A stretch of DNA of 15,254 nucleotides from a virus. Within the stretch, counting starts at the first letter, position 1; each line of letters begins with the position of its first letter. The notes below the pieces were generated by a model, which searched no databases, was not told the DNA's origin, and saw only the letters and a program-made list of their open reading frames with translations. This document shows, piece after piece, positions 1 through 10,853 of the stretch. Made by a program: the position numbers and the translations under genes. The stretch lies in the UHGV virus genome UHGV-0297988; one strand, 5' to 3'.

Positions 1-242
1 ATATCGAATGTGATTACAATCGGTGGCGGCGGCACAGTTGGTGTGGCGGCCTCAGTCCGGAACAATTTGAAAACCAGAACCTCGCTTAGGCCTGTGTCCA
101 TATTACGTGGGTAGGATCAGAACTCCTTCTGCGCGAGTGTGCGGGAATAATCAAAAACGATGCACACCGGGGTTACCGGGTACACATATTTCATCATGCC
201 AGCGAGTCCGGTTCTGGCACGGAAGAAACCGGACGTTATGAT

Positions 243-668
243 TTAGTGCGGAAATATTTGTGTAGTGTTCTGAATGTTCTCAGTAAAGAGTAATGAATTA
301 TCAAAGGTATAGTAATACCTTTTGTTTTCGTGGATATTTGTAATCCATCTGAAAACCCCTGCTGTAGCAAGATTTTTCCTGTATTCGTAAAATGATAACT
401 CTCCTGATTTGAATCCTTTTAATGTGGCTTCTATAAGGCATTTATTTTTTGAAAATCTTACATTTACAACCTTACCCTGTCCTTTTATTAAAACCGTATT
501 ATCGTTTTCAAGAACAAGATGAATATTCTCTGTGGCTAAATAGTAAATGTAATGTGAGACATTGTGACGTTTTAGTTCAGAATAAAACCAGTGATAGTTT
601 AAATTATTTCGCACTTTATCGAATATTTGTTTAAAAATGGCAACCTGAGCCATTGTAGTACCTTCCAT
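243..668 (-). CDS. Hypothetical 141-aa protein in a low-GC moron-like segment; possibly DUF1398/YbcV-like (tentative)
   Basis: Intact 141-codon ORF on the minus strand; region is visibly AT-rich compared with the flanking phage genes. Family assignment is from memory of similar prophage proteins near cos and is not verified. Start codon not confirmed; the overlapping + strand ORF 449..634 is treated as spurious. Confidence 0.55.
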   Translation of the reverse strand: MEGTTMAQVAIFKQIFDKVRNNLNYHWFYSELKRHNVSHYIYYLATENIHLVLENDNTVLIKGQGKVVNVRFSKNKCLIEATLKGFKSGELSFYEYRKNLATAGVFRWITNIHENKRYYYTFDNSLLFTENIQNTTQIFPH

Positions 669-710
669 GTGATATGAAGGTACCTAGTCTGCACGATTAT
701 CTAAATTGCT

Positions 711-944
711 TCAATCTGGTCTGACCTGCTTTCTGAGCAATTCAGTAATGTCATTCTTTTCTTTGTTTGCTTCAGGCGAAACTCTTTTTTCTGAGCACAG
801 TCTTCGGCGGCAGGCTTCAATGACCCAGGCTGAGAAATTCCCGGACCCTTTTTGATCAAGAGCGATGTTAATTTGTTCAATCATTTGGTTAGGAAAGCGG
901 ATGTTGCGGGTTGTTGTTCTGCGGGTTCTGTTCTTCGTTGACAT
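711..944 (-). CDS. Small basic protein, YlcI/DUF3950-like, possibly ribbon-helix-helix DNA-binding
   Basis: 77-aa ORF about 200 bp from cosN on the opposite strand. Basic N-terminus (MSTKNRTRRTTTRN) followed by a strand-helix-helix-like pattern (IRFPNQMIEQINIALDQKG...FSAWVIEACRRRL). Lambda and DLP12-type prophages carry a near-identical small gene at this position (recalled, not aligned). Confidence 0.6.
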   Translation of the reverse strand: MSTKNRTRRTTTRNIRFPNQMIEQINIALDQKGSGNFSAWVIEACRRRLCSEKRVSPEANKEKNDITELLRKQVRPD

Positions 945-1113
945 GAGGTTGTCCCGTATTCAGTGTCGCTGATTTGTATTGTCTGAAGTTGTTTTTACGT
1001 TAAGTTGATGCAGATCAATTAATATGATACCTGCGTCATAATTGATTATTTGACGTGGTTTGATGGCGTAGATGCACGTTGTGACATGCAGATGATAATT
1101 ATTATCATTTTGC

Positions 1114-1120
1114 GGGTCCT
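1114..1120 (+). promoter_or_regulatory. Candidate cosQ (packaging termination element), GGGTCCT
   Basis: Heptamer GGGTCCT about 24-30 bp upstream of the cohesive-end sequence, where lambda cosQ lies. Exact cosQ boundaries are recalled from memory and uncertain. Confidence 0.4.
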
Positions 1121-1137
1121 TTCCGGCGATCCGACAG

Positions 1138-1161
1138 GTTACGGGGCGGCGACCTCGCGGG
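1138..1161 (+). other. cosN terminase nicking site; 12-nt cohesive end GGGCGGCGACCT at 1144-1155
   Basis: Exact match to the lambda cohesive end GGGCGGCGACCT at 1144-1155, flanked by lambda-like sequence (CAGGTTACG upstream, CGCGGGTTTTCGCTATTTATGAAAATTTTCCGG downstream). Confidence 0.9.
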
Positions 1162-1195
1162 TTTTCGCTATTTATGAAAATTTTCCGGTTTAAGG

Positions 1196-1213
1196 CGTTT
1201 CCGTTCTTCTTCG
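1196..1213 (+). promoter_or_regulatory. cosB R3, terminase small subunit (gpNu1) binding element
   Basis: CGTTTCCGTTCTTCTTCG resembles the R1 repeat CGTTTCCTTTCT and lies between cosN and the Nu1 start, as in lambda cosB. Confidence 0.6.
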
Positions 1214-1252
1214 TCGTAACTTGATGTTTTTATTTAAAACACCCTCTGAAAA
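1214..1252 (+). promoter_or_regulatory. cosB I1 region, likely IHF-bent AT-rich spacer
   Basis: AT-rich stretch (TAACTTGATGTTTTTATTTAAAACA) between R3 and R2, matching the position of the lambda IHF site I1. I could not match the IHF consensus cleanly. Confidence 0.4.
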
Positions 1253-1267
1253 GAAAGGAAACGACAG
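1253..1267 (-). promoter_or_regulatory. cosB R2, gpNu1 binding element (inverted relative to R1)
   Basis: GAAAGGAAACGACAG is the exact reverse complement of the R1 element at 1293-1307. Confidence 0.65.
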
Positions 1268-1292
1268 GTGCTGAAAACGGGCTTTTTGGCCT

Positions 1293-1307
1293 CTGTCGTT
1301 TCCTTTC
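1293..1307 (+). promoter_or_regulatory. cosB R1, gpNu1 binding element
   Basis: CTGTCGTTTCCTTTC, about 26 bp upstream of the Nu1 start codon; forms a perfect 15-bp inverted repeat with R2. Confidence 0.65.
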
Positions 1308-1332
1308 TCTGTTTTTGTCCGTGGAATGAACA

Positions 1333-1852
1333 ATGGAAGTCAACAAAAAGCAGCTGGCTGACATTTTCGGCGCGAGTATCCGTACCATTCAGAACTGGCA
1401 GGAGCAGGGAATGCCCGTTCTGCGGGGTGGTGGCAAGGGTAATGAGGTGCTTTATGACTCTGCCGCCGCCATAAAATGGTATGCCGAAAGGGATGCTGAA
1501 ATTGAGAACGAAAAGCTGCGCCGGGAAGTTGAAGAACTGCGGCAGGCCAGCGAGACAGATCTCCAGCCAGGGACTATTGAGTACGAACGCCATCGACTTA
1601 CGCGTGCGCAGGCCGACGCACAGGAGCTGAAAAATGCCAGAGACTCAGCTGAAGTGGTGGAAACCGCATTCTGTACTTTCGTGCTGTCGCGGATCGCAGG
1701 TGAAATTGCCAGTATTCTCGACGGGATCCCCCTGTCGGTGCAGCGGCGTTTTCCGGAACTGGAAAACCGACATGTTGATTTCCTGAAACGGGATATCATC
1801 AAAGCCATGAACAAAGCAGCCGCGCTGGATGAACTGATACCGGGGTTGCTGA

Positions 1853-1878
<26 letters not shown>
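1333..1878 (+). CDS. nu1: Terminase small subunit gpNu1
   Basis: 181-aa ORF MEVNKKQLADIFGASIRTIQNWQEQGMPVLRGGGKGNEV... recognised as lambda Nu1 with an N-terminal helix-turn-helix; first gene downstream of cosB. Confidence 0.96.
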
Positions 1879-5559
<3,681 letters not shown>

Positions 5560-5579
<20 letters not shown>

Positions 5580-6891
5580 TCTCCCGCATATTGCCAGTAT
5601 GGCCTTTAATGAGCCGCTGATGCTTGAACCCGCCTATGCGCGGGTTTTCTTTTGTGCGCTTGCAGGCCAGCTTGGGATCAGCCGCCTGACGGATGCGGTG
5701 TCCGGTGACAGCCTGACTGCCCAGGAGACACTCGCGACGCTGGCGTTATCCGGTGATGATGACGGACCACGACAGGCCCGCAGTTATCAGGTCATGAACG
5801 GCATCGCCGTGCTGTCGGTTTCCGGCACGCTGGTCAGCCGGACGCGGGCGCTGCAGCCGTACTCGGGGATGACCGGTTACAACGGCATTATCGCCCGTCT
5901 GCAACAGGCTGCCAGCGACCCGATGGTGGACGGCATTCTGCTCGATATGGACACGCCAGGCGGAATGGTGGCGGGGGCATTTGACTGCGCTGACATCATC
6001 GCCCGTGTGCGTGACATAAAACCGGTATGGGCGCTGGCCAACGACATGAACTGCAGTGCAGGTCAGCTGCTTGCCAGTGCCGCCTCCCGGCGTCTGGTCA
6101 CGCAGACCGCCCGGACAGGCTCCATCGGCGTCATGATGGCTCACAGTAATTACGGTGCTGCCCTGGAGAAACAGGGCGTGGAAATCACGCTGATTTACAG
6201 CGGCAGCCATAAGGTGGATGGCAATCCTTACAGCCATCTTCCGGATGACGTCCGGGAGACACTGCAGTCCCGGATGGACGCAACCCGCCAGATGTTTGCG
6301 CAGAAGGTGTCGGCATATACCGGCCTGTCTGTGCAGGCTGTGCTGGATACCGAGGCTGCAGTGTACAGCGGTCAGGAGGCCATTGATGCCGGACTGGCTG
6401 ATGAACTTGTTAACAGCACCGATGCGATCACCGTCATGCGTGATGCACTGGATGCACATAAATCCCGTCTCTCAGGAGGGCGAATGACCAAAGAGACTCA
6501 ATCAACAACTGTTTCAGCCACTGCTTCGCAGGCTGACGTTACTGAGGTGGTGCCAGCGACGGAGGGCGAAAACGCCAGTGCGGCGCAGCCGGACGTGAAC
6601 GCGCAGATCACTGCAGCGGTTGCGGCAGAAAACAGCCGCATTATGGGGATCCTCAACTGTGAGGAGGCTCACGGACGCGAAGAACAGGCGCGCGTTCTGG
6701 CAGAAACCCCCGGTATGACCGTGGAAACGGCCCGCCGCATTCTGGCCGCAGCACCACAGAGTGCACAGGCGCGCAGTGACACTGCGCTGGATCGTCTGAT
6801 GCAGGGTGCACCGGCACCGCTGGCTGCAGGTAACCTGGCATCTGATACCAATAAAGAATTACTTAATACACCTGAAGCTTTACCGGTATAA
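5560..6891 (+). CDS. C: Head maturation protease / scaffold fusion gpC (S49-type serine protease)
   Basis: Frame continuous with the track ORF 5446..6891; lambda-like start is GTG at 5560 (then TAELRNLPHIASMAFNEPLML), preceded by AGGAGGAG at 5548-5555 and overlapping the B stop by 20 nt as in lambda. 443 aa here versus 439 in lambda as recalled. Confidence 0.9.
6274..6891 (+). CDS. nu3: Scaffolding protein gpNu3, in-frame internal initiation within C
   Basis: Internal ATG at 6274 (MDATRQMFAQ...), 714 nt into the C frame, the same offset as Nu3 within C in lambda (recalled). Shares frame and stop codon with C. Confidence 0.7.
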   Translation: MDATRQMFAQKVSAYTGLSVQAVLDTEAAVYSGQEAIDAGLADELVNSTDAITVMRDALDAHKSRLSGGRMTKETQSTTVSATASQADVTEVVPATEGENASAAQPDVNAQITAAVAAENSRIMGILNCEEAHGREEQARVLAETPGMTVETARRILAAAPQSAQARSDTALDRLMQGAPAPLAAGNLASDTNKELLNTPEALPV

Positions 6892-6900
6892 GAGGCAGTT

Positions 6901-7233
6901 ATGGCGACAAAAGAAGAGTTTAACCATTACCAGCCGCTGGGTAACAGTGATCCGGCTCATACAGCAATTGCGCCTGGCGGATTGAGTGCGAAAACGCCTG
7001 CAATGACCCCACTGATGCTGGATGGCACTACCCGTAAGCTGGTTGTGTGGGATGGCACCACCGACGGTGCAGCCGTTGGCATTCTGGCGGTTGCTGCTGA
7101 CCAGACCAGCACCACACTGACGTTCTACAAGTCCGGCTCGTTCCGTTATGAGGATGTGCTCTGGCCGGAGGCTGCCAGCGACGAGACGAAAAAACGGACC
7201 GCGTTTGCCGGAACGGCAATCAGCATCGTTTAA
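6901..7233 (+). CDS. D: Head decoration protein gpD
   Basis: 110-aa ORF with C-terminal ...[57 protein letters not shown] matching lambda gpD; the N-terminal approximately 45 residues differ in several positions from my recollection of lambda. Confidence 0.94.
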   Translation: MATKEEFNHYQPLGNSDPAHTAIAPGGLSAKTPAMTPLMLDGTTRKLVVWDGTTDGAAVGILAVAADQTSTTLTFYKSGSFRYEDVLWPEAASDETKKRTAFAGTAISIV

Positions 7234-7250
7234 TCTTCCCCTTCATCAAC

Positions 7251-7276
7251 AAAGGCCGCCTGTGCGGCTTTTTTTA
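7251..7276 (+). terminator. Terminator-like hairpin between D and E: GC stem, CTGT loop, T7 run
   Basis: AAAGGCCGC-CTGT-GCGGCTTT followed by TTTTTTT (7269-7275); the GCCGC/GCGGC core stem can extend by A-U/G-U pairs. Lies 18 nt after the D stop and 13 nt before the E start. Confidence 0.45.
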
Positions 7277-7288
7277 TGGAAATAATTT

Positions 7289-8314
7289 ATGTCTGTATAT
7301 ACAACTGCAGAATTACTGGCATCGACCCAGCATCACTTTAAGTTCGATCCGCTGTTTCTGCGCCTGTTTTTCCGTGAAACCTATCCTTTCACCACGGAAA
7401 AAGTCTATCTCTCACAAATTCCGGGACTGGTAAACATGGCGCTGTACGTTTCGCCGATTGTTTCCGGTGAGGTTATCCGATCCCGTGGCGGCTCCACCTC
7501 TGAATTTACGCCGGGTTATGTCAAGCCGAAGCATGAGGTGAATCCGCAGATGACCCTGCGTCGCCTGCCGGATGAAGATCCGCAGAACCTGGCTGACCCG
7601 GCTTACCGTCGTCGCCGTATTATTCGGCAGAATATGCTGGATGAAAATCTGGCGATTGCCCAGGTCGAAGAGATGCAGGCAGTTTCTGCCGTGCTTAAGG
7701 GCAAATATACCATGACCGGTGAAGCCTTCGATCCGGTTGAGGTGGATATGGGCCGCAGTGAGGCGAATAACATCACGCAGTCCGGCGGCACGGAGTGGAG
7801 CAAGCGTGACAAGTCCACGTATGACCCGACCGACGATATCGAAGCCTACGCGCTGAACGCCAGCGGTGTGGTGAATATCATCGTGTTTGATCCGAAAGGC
7901 TGGGCGCTGTTCCGTTCCTTCAAAGCCGTCAAGGAGAAGCTGGATACCCGTCGCGGCTCTCATTCCGAGCTGGAGACAGCGGTAAAAGACCTGGGCAAAG
8001 CGGTGTCCTATAAGGGAATGTATGGCGATGTGGCCATCGTCGTGTATTCCGGACAGTACGTGGAAAACGGCGTCAAAAAGAACTTCCTGCCGGACAACAC
8101 GATGGTGCTGGGGAACACTCAGGCTCGCGGTCTGCGCACCTATGGCTGCATTCAGGATGCGGACGCACAGCGCGAAGGCATTAACGCCTCTGCCCGTTAC
8201 CCGAAAAACTGGGTGACTACCGGCGATCCGGCGCGTGAGTTCACCATGATTCAGTCAGCACCGCTGATGCTGCTGGCTGATCCTGATGAGTTCGTGTCCG
8301 TTCAACTGGCGTAA
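7289..8314 (+). CDS. E: Major capsid protein gpE
   Basis: 341-aa ORF MSVYTTAELLASTQHHFKFDPLFLRLFFRETYPF...; same length as lambda gpE and recognisable sequence. Confidence 0.96.
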   Translation: MSVYTTAELLASTQHHFKFDPLFLRLFFRETYPFTTEKVYLSQIPGLVNMALYVSPIVSGEVIRSRGGSTSEFTPGYVKPKHEVNPQMTLRRLPDEDPQNLADPAYRRRRIIRQNMLDENLAIAQVEEMQAVSAVLKGKYTMTGEAFDPVEVDMGRSEANNITQSGGTEWSKRDKSTYDPTDDIEAYALNASGVVNIIVFDPKGWALFRSFKAVKEKLDTRRGSHSELETAVKDLGKAVSYKGMYGDVAIVVYSGQYVENGVKKNFLPDNTMVLGNTQARGLRTYGCIQDADAQREGINASARYPKNWVTTGDPAREFTMIQSAPLMLLADPDEFVSVQLA

Positions 8315-8316
8315 TC

Positions 8317-8343
8317 ATGGCCCTTCGGGGCCATTTTCTCTCT
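8317..8343 (+). terminator. Terminator-like hairpin between E and FI: 7-bp stem, UUCG tetraloop, U-rich tail
   Basis: ATGGCCC-TTCG-GGGCCAT (8317-8334) is a perfect 7-bp stem closing a C(UUCG)G tetraloop, followed by TTTCTCTCT (8335-8343). Starts 3 nt after the E stop. Confidence 0.45.
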
Positions 8344-8355
8344 GTGGAGGAGTTC

Positions 8356-8742
8356 ATGACGAAAGATGAACTGATTGCCCGTCTTCAGGAGCTGGGTGAG
8401 CAACTGAACCGCGATGTCAGTTTGACGGGAACGAAAGAAGAACTGGCGCTCCGTGTGGCAGAGCTGGAAGAGGAGCTTGATGACACTGCCGATCAGGATA
8501 CCCCTCTCAGTCCGGAAAATGCGCTGACCGGACATGAAAATGAGGTGGTATCAGCGCAGCCGGATACCGTGACTGATACGGCTGCTCTGGTCACGGTTGT
8601 GGCACTGGTGACGCTGCATACCGATGCACTTCACGCCACGCGGGATAAACCTGTGGCATTTGTGCTGCCGGGAACGGCGTTCCGTGTCTCTGCCGGTGTG
8701 GCAGCTGAAATGACAGAGCGCGGCCTGGCCAGAATGCAATAA
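8356..8742 (+). CDS. FI: DNA-packaging accessory protein gpFI
   Basis: Lambda-like start MTKDELIARL... at ATG 8356 with GGAGG at 8346-8350; the 41-nt gap after E matches lambda. The track ORF extends upstream to 8317, but that ATG sits inside the hairpin and lacks an RBS. Confidence 0.85.
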   Translation: MTKDELIARLQELGEQLNRDVSLTGTKEELALRVAELEEELDDTADQDTPLSPENALTGHENEVVSAQPDTVTDTAALVTVVALVTLHTDALHATRDKPVAFVLPGTAFRVSAGVAAEMTERGLARMQ

Positions 8743-8753
8743 CGGGAGGCGCT

Positions 8754-9107
8754 GTGGCTGATTTCGATAACCTGTTCGATGCTGCCATTGCCCGCGCCGA
8801 TGAAACGATACGCGGGTACATGGGAACGTCAGCCACCATGACATCCGGTGAGCAGTCCGGCACAGTAATACGTGGTGTTTTTGATGACCCTGAAAATATC
8901 AGCTATGCCGGACAGGGCGTGCGCGTTGAAGGCTCCAGCCCGTCCCTGTTTGTCCGGACTGATGATGTGCGGCAACTGCGGCGTGGAGACACGCTGACCA
9001 TCGGTGAGGAAAACTTCTGGATAGACCGGGTTTCGCCGGATGATGGTGGAAGCTGTCATCTCTGGCTCAACCGTGGGCAACCACCCGCTGTTAACCGGCG
9101 ACGATAA
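8754..9107 (+). CDS. FII: Head completion (head-tail connector) protein gpFII
   Basis: 117-aa ORF MADFDNLFDAAIARADETIRGYMGTSAT...; lambda gpFII length and sequence. Confidence 0.93.
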   Translation: MADFDNLFDAAIARADETIRGYMGTSATMTSGEQSGTVIRGVFDDPENISYAGQGVRVEGSSPSLFVRTDDVRQLRRGDTLTIGEENFWIDRVSPDDGGSCHLWLNRGQPPAVNRRR

Positions 9108-9122
9108 ACGCAGGGTGAAATT

Positions 9123-9698
9123 ATGGCGATAAAAGGGCTTGATCAGGCGATTGATAATCTGAGCCGGGTTCGTAAAAACGCCATTCCGGCGGCTTCAGCA
9201 ATGACGATTAACCGCGTGGCCACAACGGCGATTAATCAGTCTTCGTCACAGGTTGCCCGGGAAACCAGGGTGAGACGGAAACTGGTAAAGGAACGGTCCA
9301 GACTGAAACGGGCGACGGTCAGAAATCCGAATGCCAGAATTATCGTTAACCGCGGTGATCTCCCTGTGATTAAGCTGGGAATCAGAATGCTGGGACGTCG
9401 TCCGAACAGCATACTCAAAGCCGGTCAGCATCGTTATCAGCGGGCATTTATCCAGCGATTAAATAATGGGCGCTGGCATGTTATGCAACGTCTTCCCCAG
9501 GCCAGATATGAGGAGGGCAATGACGACAAGGGAAGGAAAAAGCGTAATCGCCTTCCCATTCAGGTGGTGAAAATCCCGATGGCGGCCCCACTGAAACAGG
9601 CATTTGATGAGAATGTTGACCGTATCCGGCGTGAACGCCTGCCTAAAGAACTGGCATACGCGCTGAAACAACAACTGAGGATTGCAATAAAACGATGA
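9123..9698 (+). CDS. Z: Tail completion protein gpZ
   Basis: 191-aa ORF MAIKGLDQAIDNLSRVRKNAIPAAS...; position and sequence fit lambda gpZ (192 aa). Confidence 0.92.
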   Translation: MAIKGLDQAIDNLSRVRKNAIPAASAMTINRVATTAINQSSSQVARETRVRRKLVKERSRLKRATVRNPNARIIVNRGDLPVIKLGIRMLGRRPNSILKAGQHRYQRAFIQRLNNGRWHVMQRLPQARYEEGNDDKGRKKRNRLPIQVVKIPMAAPLKQAFDENVDRIRRERLPKELAYALKQQLRIAIKR

Positions 9699-10090
9699 AA
9701 CACACTGACATTCGTGCCGCAGTGCTGGATGCACTCGAGCAGCATGAACACGGGGCGACGCTGTTTGATGGTCGCCCCGTTGTTTTTGACGAAGAGGATT
9801 TTCCTGCGATCGCGGTTTATCTGACGGATGCAGAGTATACCGGTGAAGAGCTGGATGCAGATACCTGGCGGGCCACGCTGCATATTGAGGTGTTTTTACC
9901 GGCACAGGTACCGGATTCAGAGCTTGATCAGTGGATGGAAAGCCGGATTTACCCGGCGATGACTGCGATCCCGTCACTGGCAGGACTGATTACCACGATG
10001 GTTACGCAGGGCTATGAGTATCGTCGTGATGACGATATGGCGTTATGGAGTTCTGCAGATCTGACTTATTCCATTACATACGAGATGTGA
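9695..10090 (+). CDS. U: Tail tube terminator protein gpU
   Basis: 131-aa [46 protein letters not shown]...; ATGA overlap with the Z stop; lambda gpU length. Confidence 0.94.
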   Translation: MKHTDIRAAVLDALEQHEHGATLFDGRPVVFDEEDFPAIAVYLTDAEYTGEELDADTWRATLHIEVFLPAQVPDSELDQWMESRIYPAMTAIPSLAGLITTMVTQGYEYRRDDDMALWSSADLTYSITYEM

Positions 10091-10097
10091 GGACGAT

Positions 10098-10838
10098 ATG
10101 GCAACACCAAATCCTCTTGAGCCGGTAAAAGGTGCCGGTACCACTCTGTGGGTTTACAACGGCAAGGGTGATGCTTATGCAAACCCGTTGTCAGACGATG
10201 ACTGGCAGCGACTGGCTAAGGTGAAGGATCTGACGCCGGGCGAGATGACGGCAGAATCCTACGATGATAACTACCTGGATGATGAAGACGCGGACTGGAC
10301 CGCGACCGGTCAGGGGCAGAAATCTGCAGGTGATACCAGTTTTACGCTGGCCTGGAAACCGGGAGAGGAAGGCCAGAAAGGGCTTATAGGCTGGTTTGAA
10401 AGCGGCGATGTCCGGGCCTATAAAATCCGTTTTCCGAATGGCACGGTGGATGTGTTTCGTGGCTGGGTCAGCAGTATCGGTAAAGCGGTGACGGCGAAGG
10501 AAGTGATCACCCGCACGGTGAAGGTCACCAATGTGGGACGCCCGTCGATGGCAGAAGATCGCAGCACGGTAACAGCGGCCACCGGCATGACGGTAACGCC
10601 AGCCAGTGCTTCCGTAGTGAAAGGGCAGAGCACCACGCTGACCGTGGCATTCCAGCCGGAAGGCGCAACCGACAAGAGCTTCCGTGCGGTGTCAGCGGAT
10701 AAAACAAAAGCCACCGTGTCGGTCAGTGGTATGACCATCACCGTGAACGGCGTTGCTGCAGGCAAGGTCAACATTCCGGTTGTATCCGGTAATGGTGAGT
10801 TTGCTGCGGTTGCAGAAATCACCGTCACCGCCAGTTAA
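10098..10838 (+). CDS. V: Major tail tube protein gpV with C-terminal Ig-like (Big_2-type) domain
   Basis: 246-aa [40 protein letters not shown]...; the C-terminal approximately 90 residues ([60 protein letters not shown]...) have the alternating hydrophobic/Thr/Ser/Val pattern of an Ig-like domain, as known for lambda gpV. Confidence 0.95.
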   Translation: MATPNPLEPVKGAGTTLWVYNGKGDAYANPLSDDDWQRLAKVKDLTPGEMTAESYDDNYLDDEDADWTATGQGQKSAGDTSFTLAWKPGEEGQKGLIGWFESGDVRAYKIRFPNGTVDVFRGWVSSIGKAVTAKEVITRTVKVTNVGRPSMAEDRSTVTAATGMTVTPASASVVKGQSTTLTVAFQPEGATDKSFRAVSADKTKATVSVSGMTITVNGVAAGKVNIPVVSGNGEFAAVAEITVTAS

Positions 10839-10853
10839 TCCGGAGAATCAGCG

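Noticed and set aside
197-236. Hairpin-like inverted repeat (CCGGTT...AACCGG, GCCAG...CTGGC) downstream of the 141-aa gene on the minus strand
   Set aside because: Stems are short with long loops and no following U-tract on the minus strand; not a convincing intrinsic terminator.
449-634. 61-aa ORF on the + strand overlapping the 141-aa minus-strand gene
   Set aside because: Entirely embedded antisense within a longer ORF in AT-rich DNA, no RBS, low-complexity translation; most likely a chance open frame.
1234-1814. Minus-strand ORFs 1234..1593 and 1452..1814 and + strand ORF 1268..1474 overlapping cosB and Nu1
   Set aside because: They overlap the well-supported Nu1 gene and the cos elements, have low-complexity or Arg/Ser-rich translations typical of antisense frames in GC-rich DNA, and have no RBS.
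8317-8355. Upstream ATG extending FI by 13 codons
   Set aside because: That ATG lies inside the stable UUCG hairpin just after the E stop and lacks an RBS; the ATG at 8356 has GGAGG upstream and matches the lambda gpFI N-terminus.
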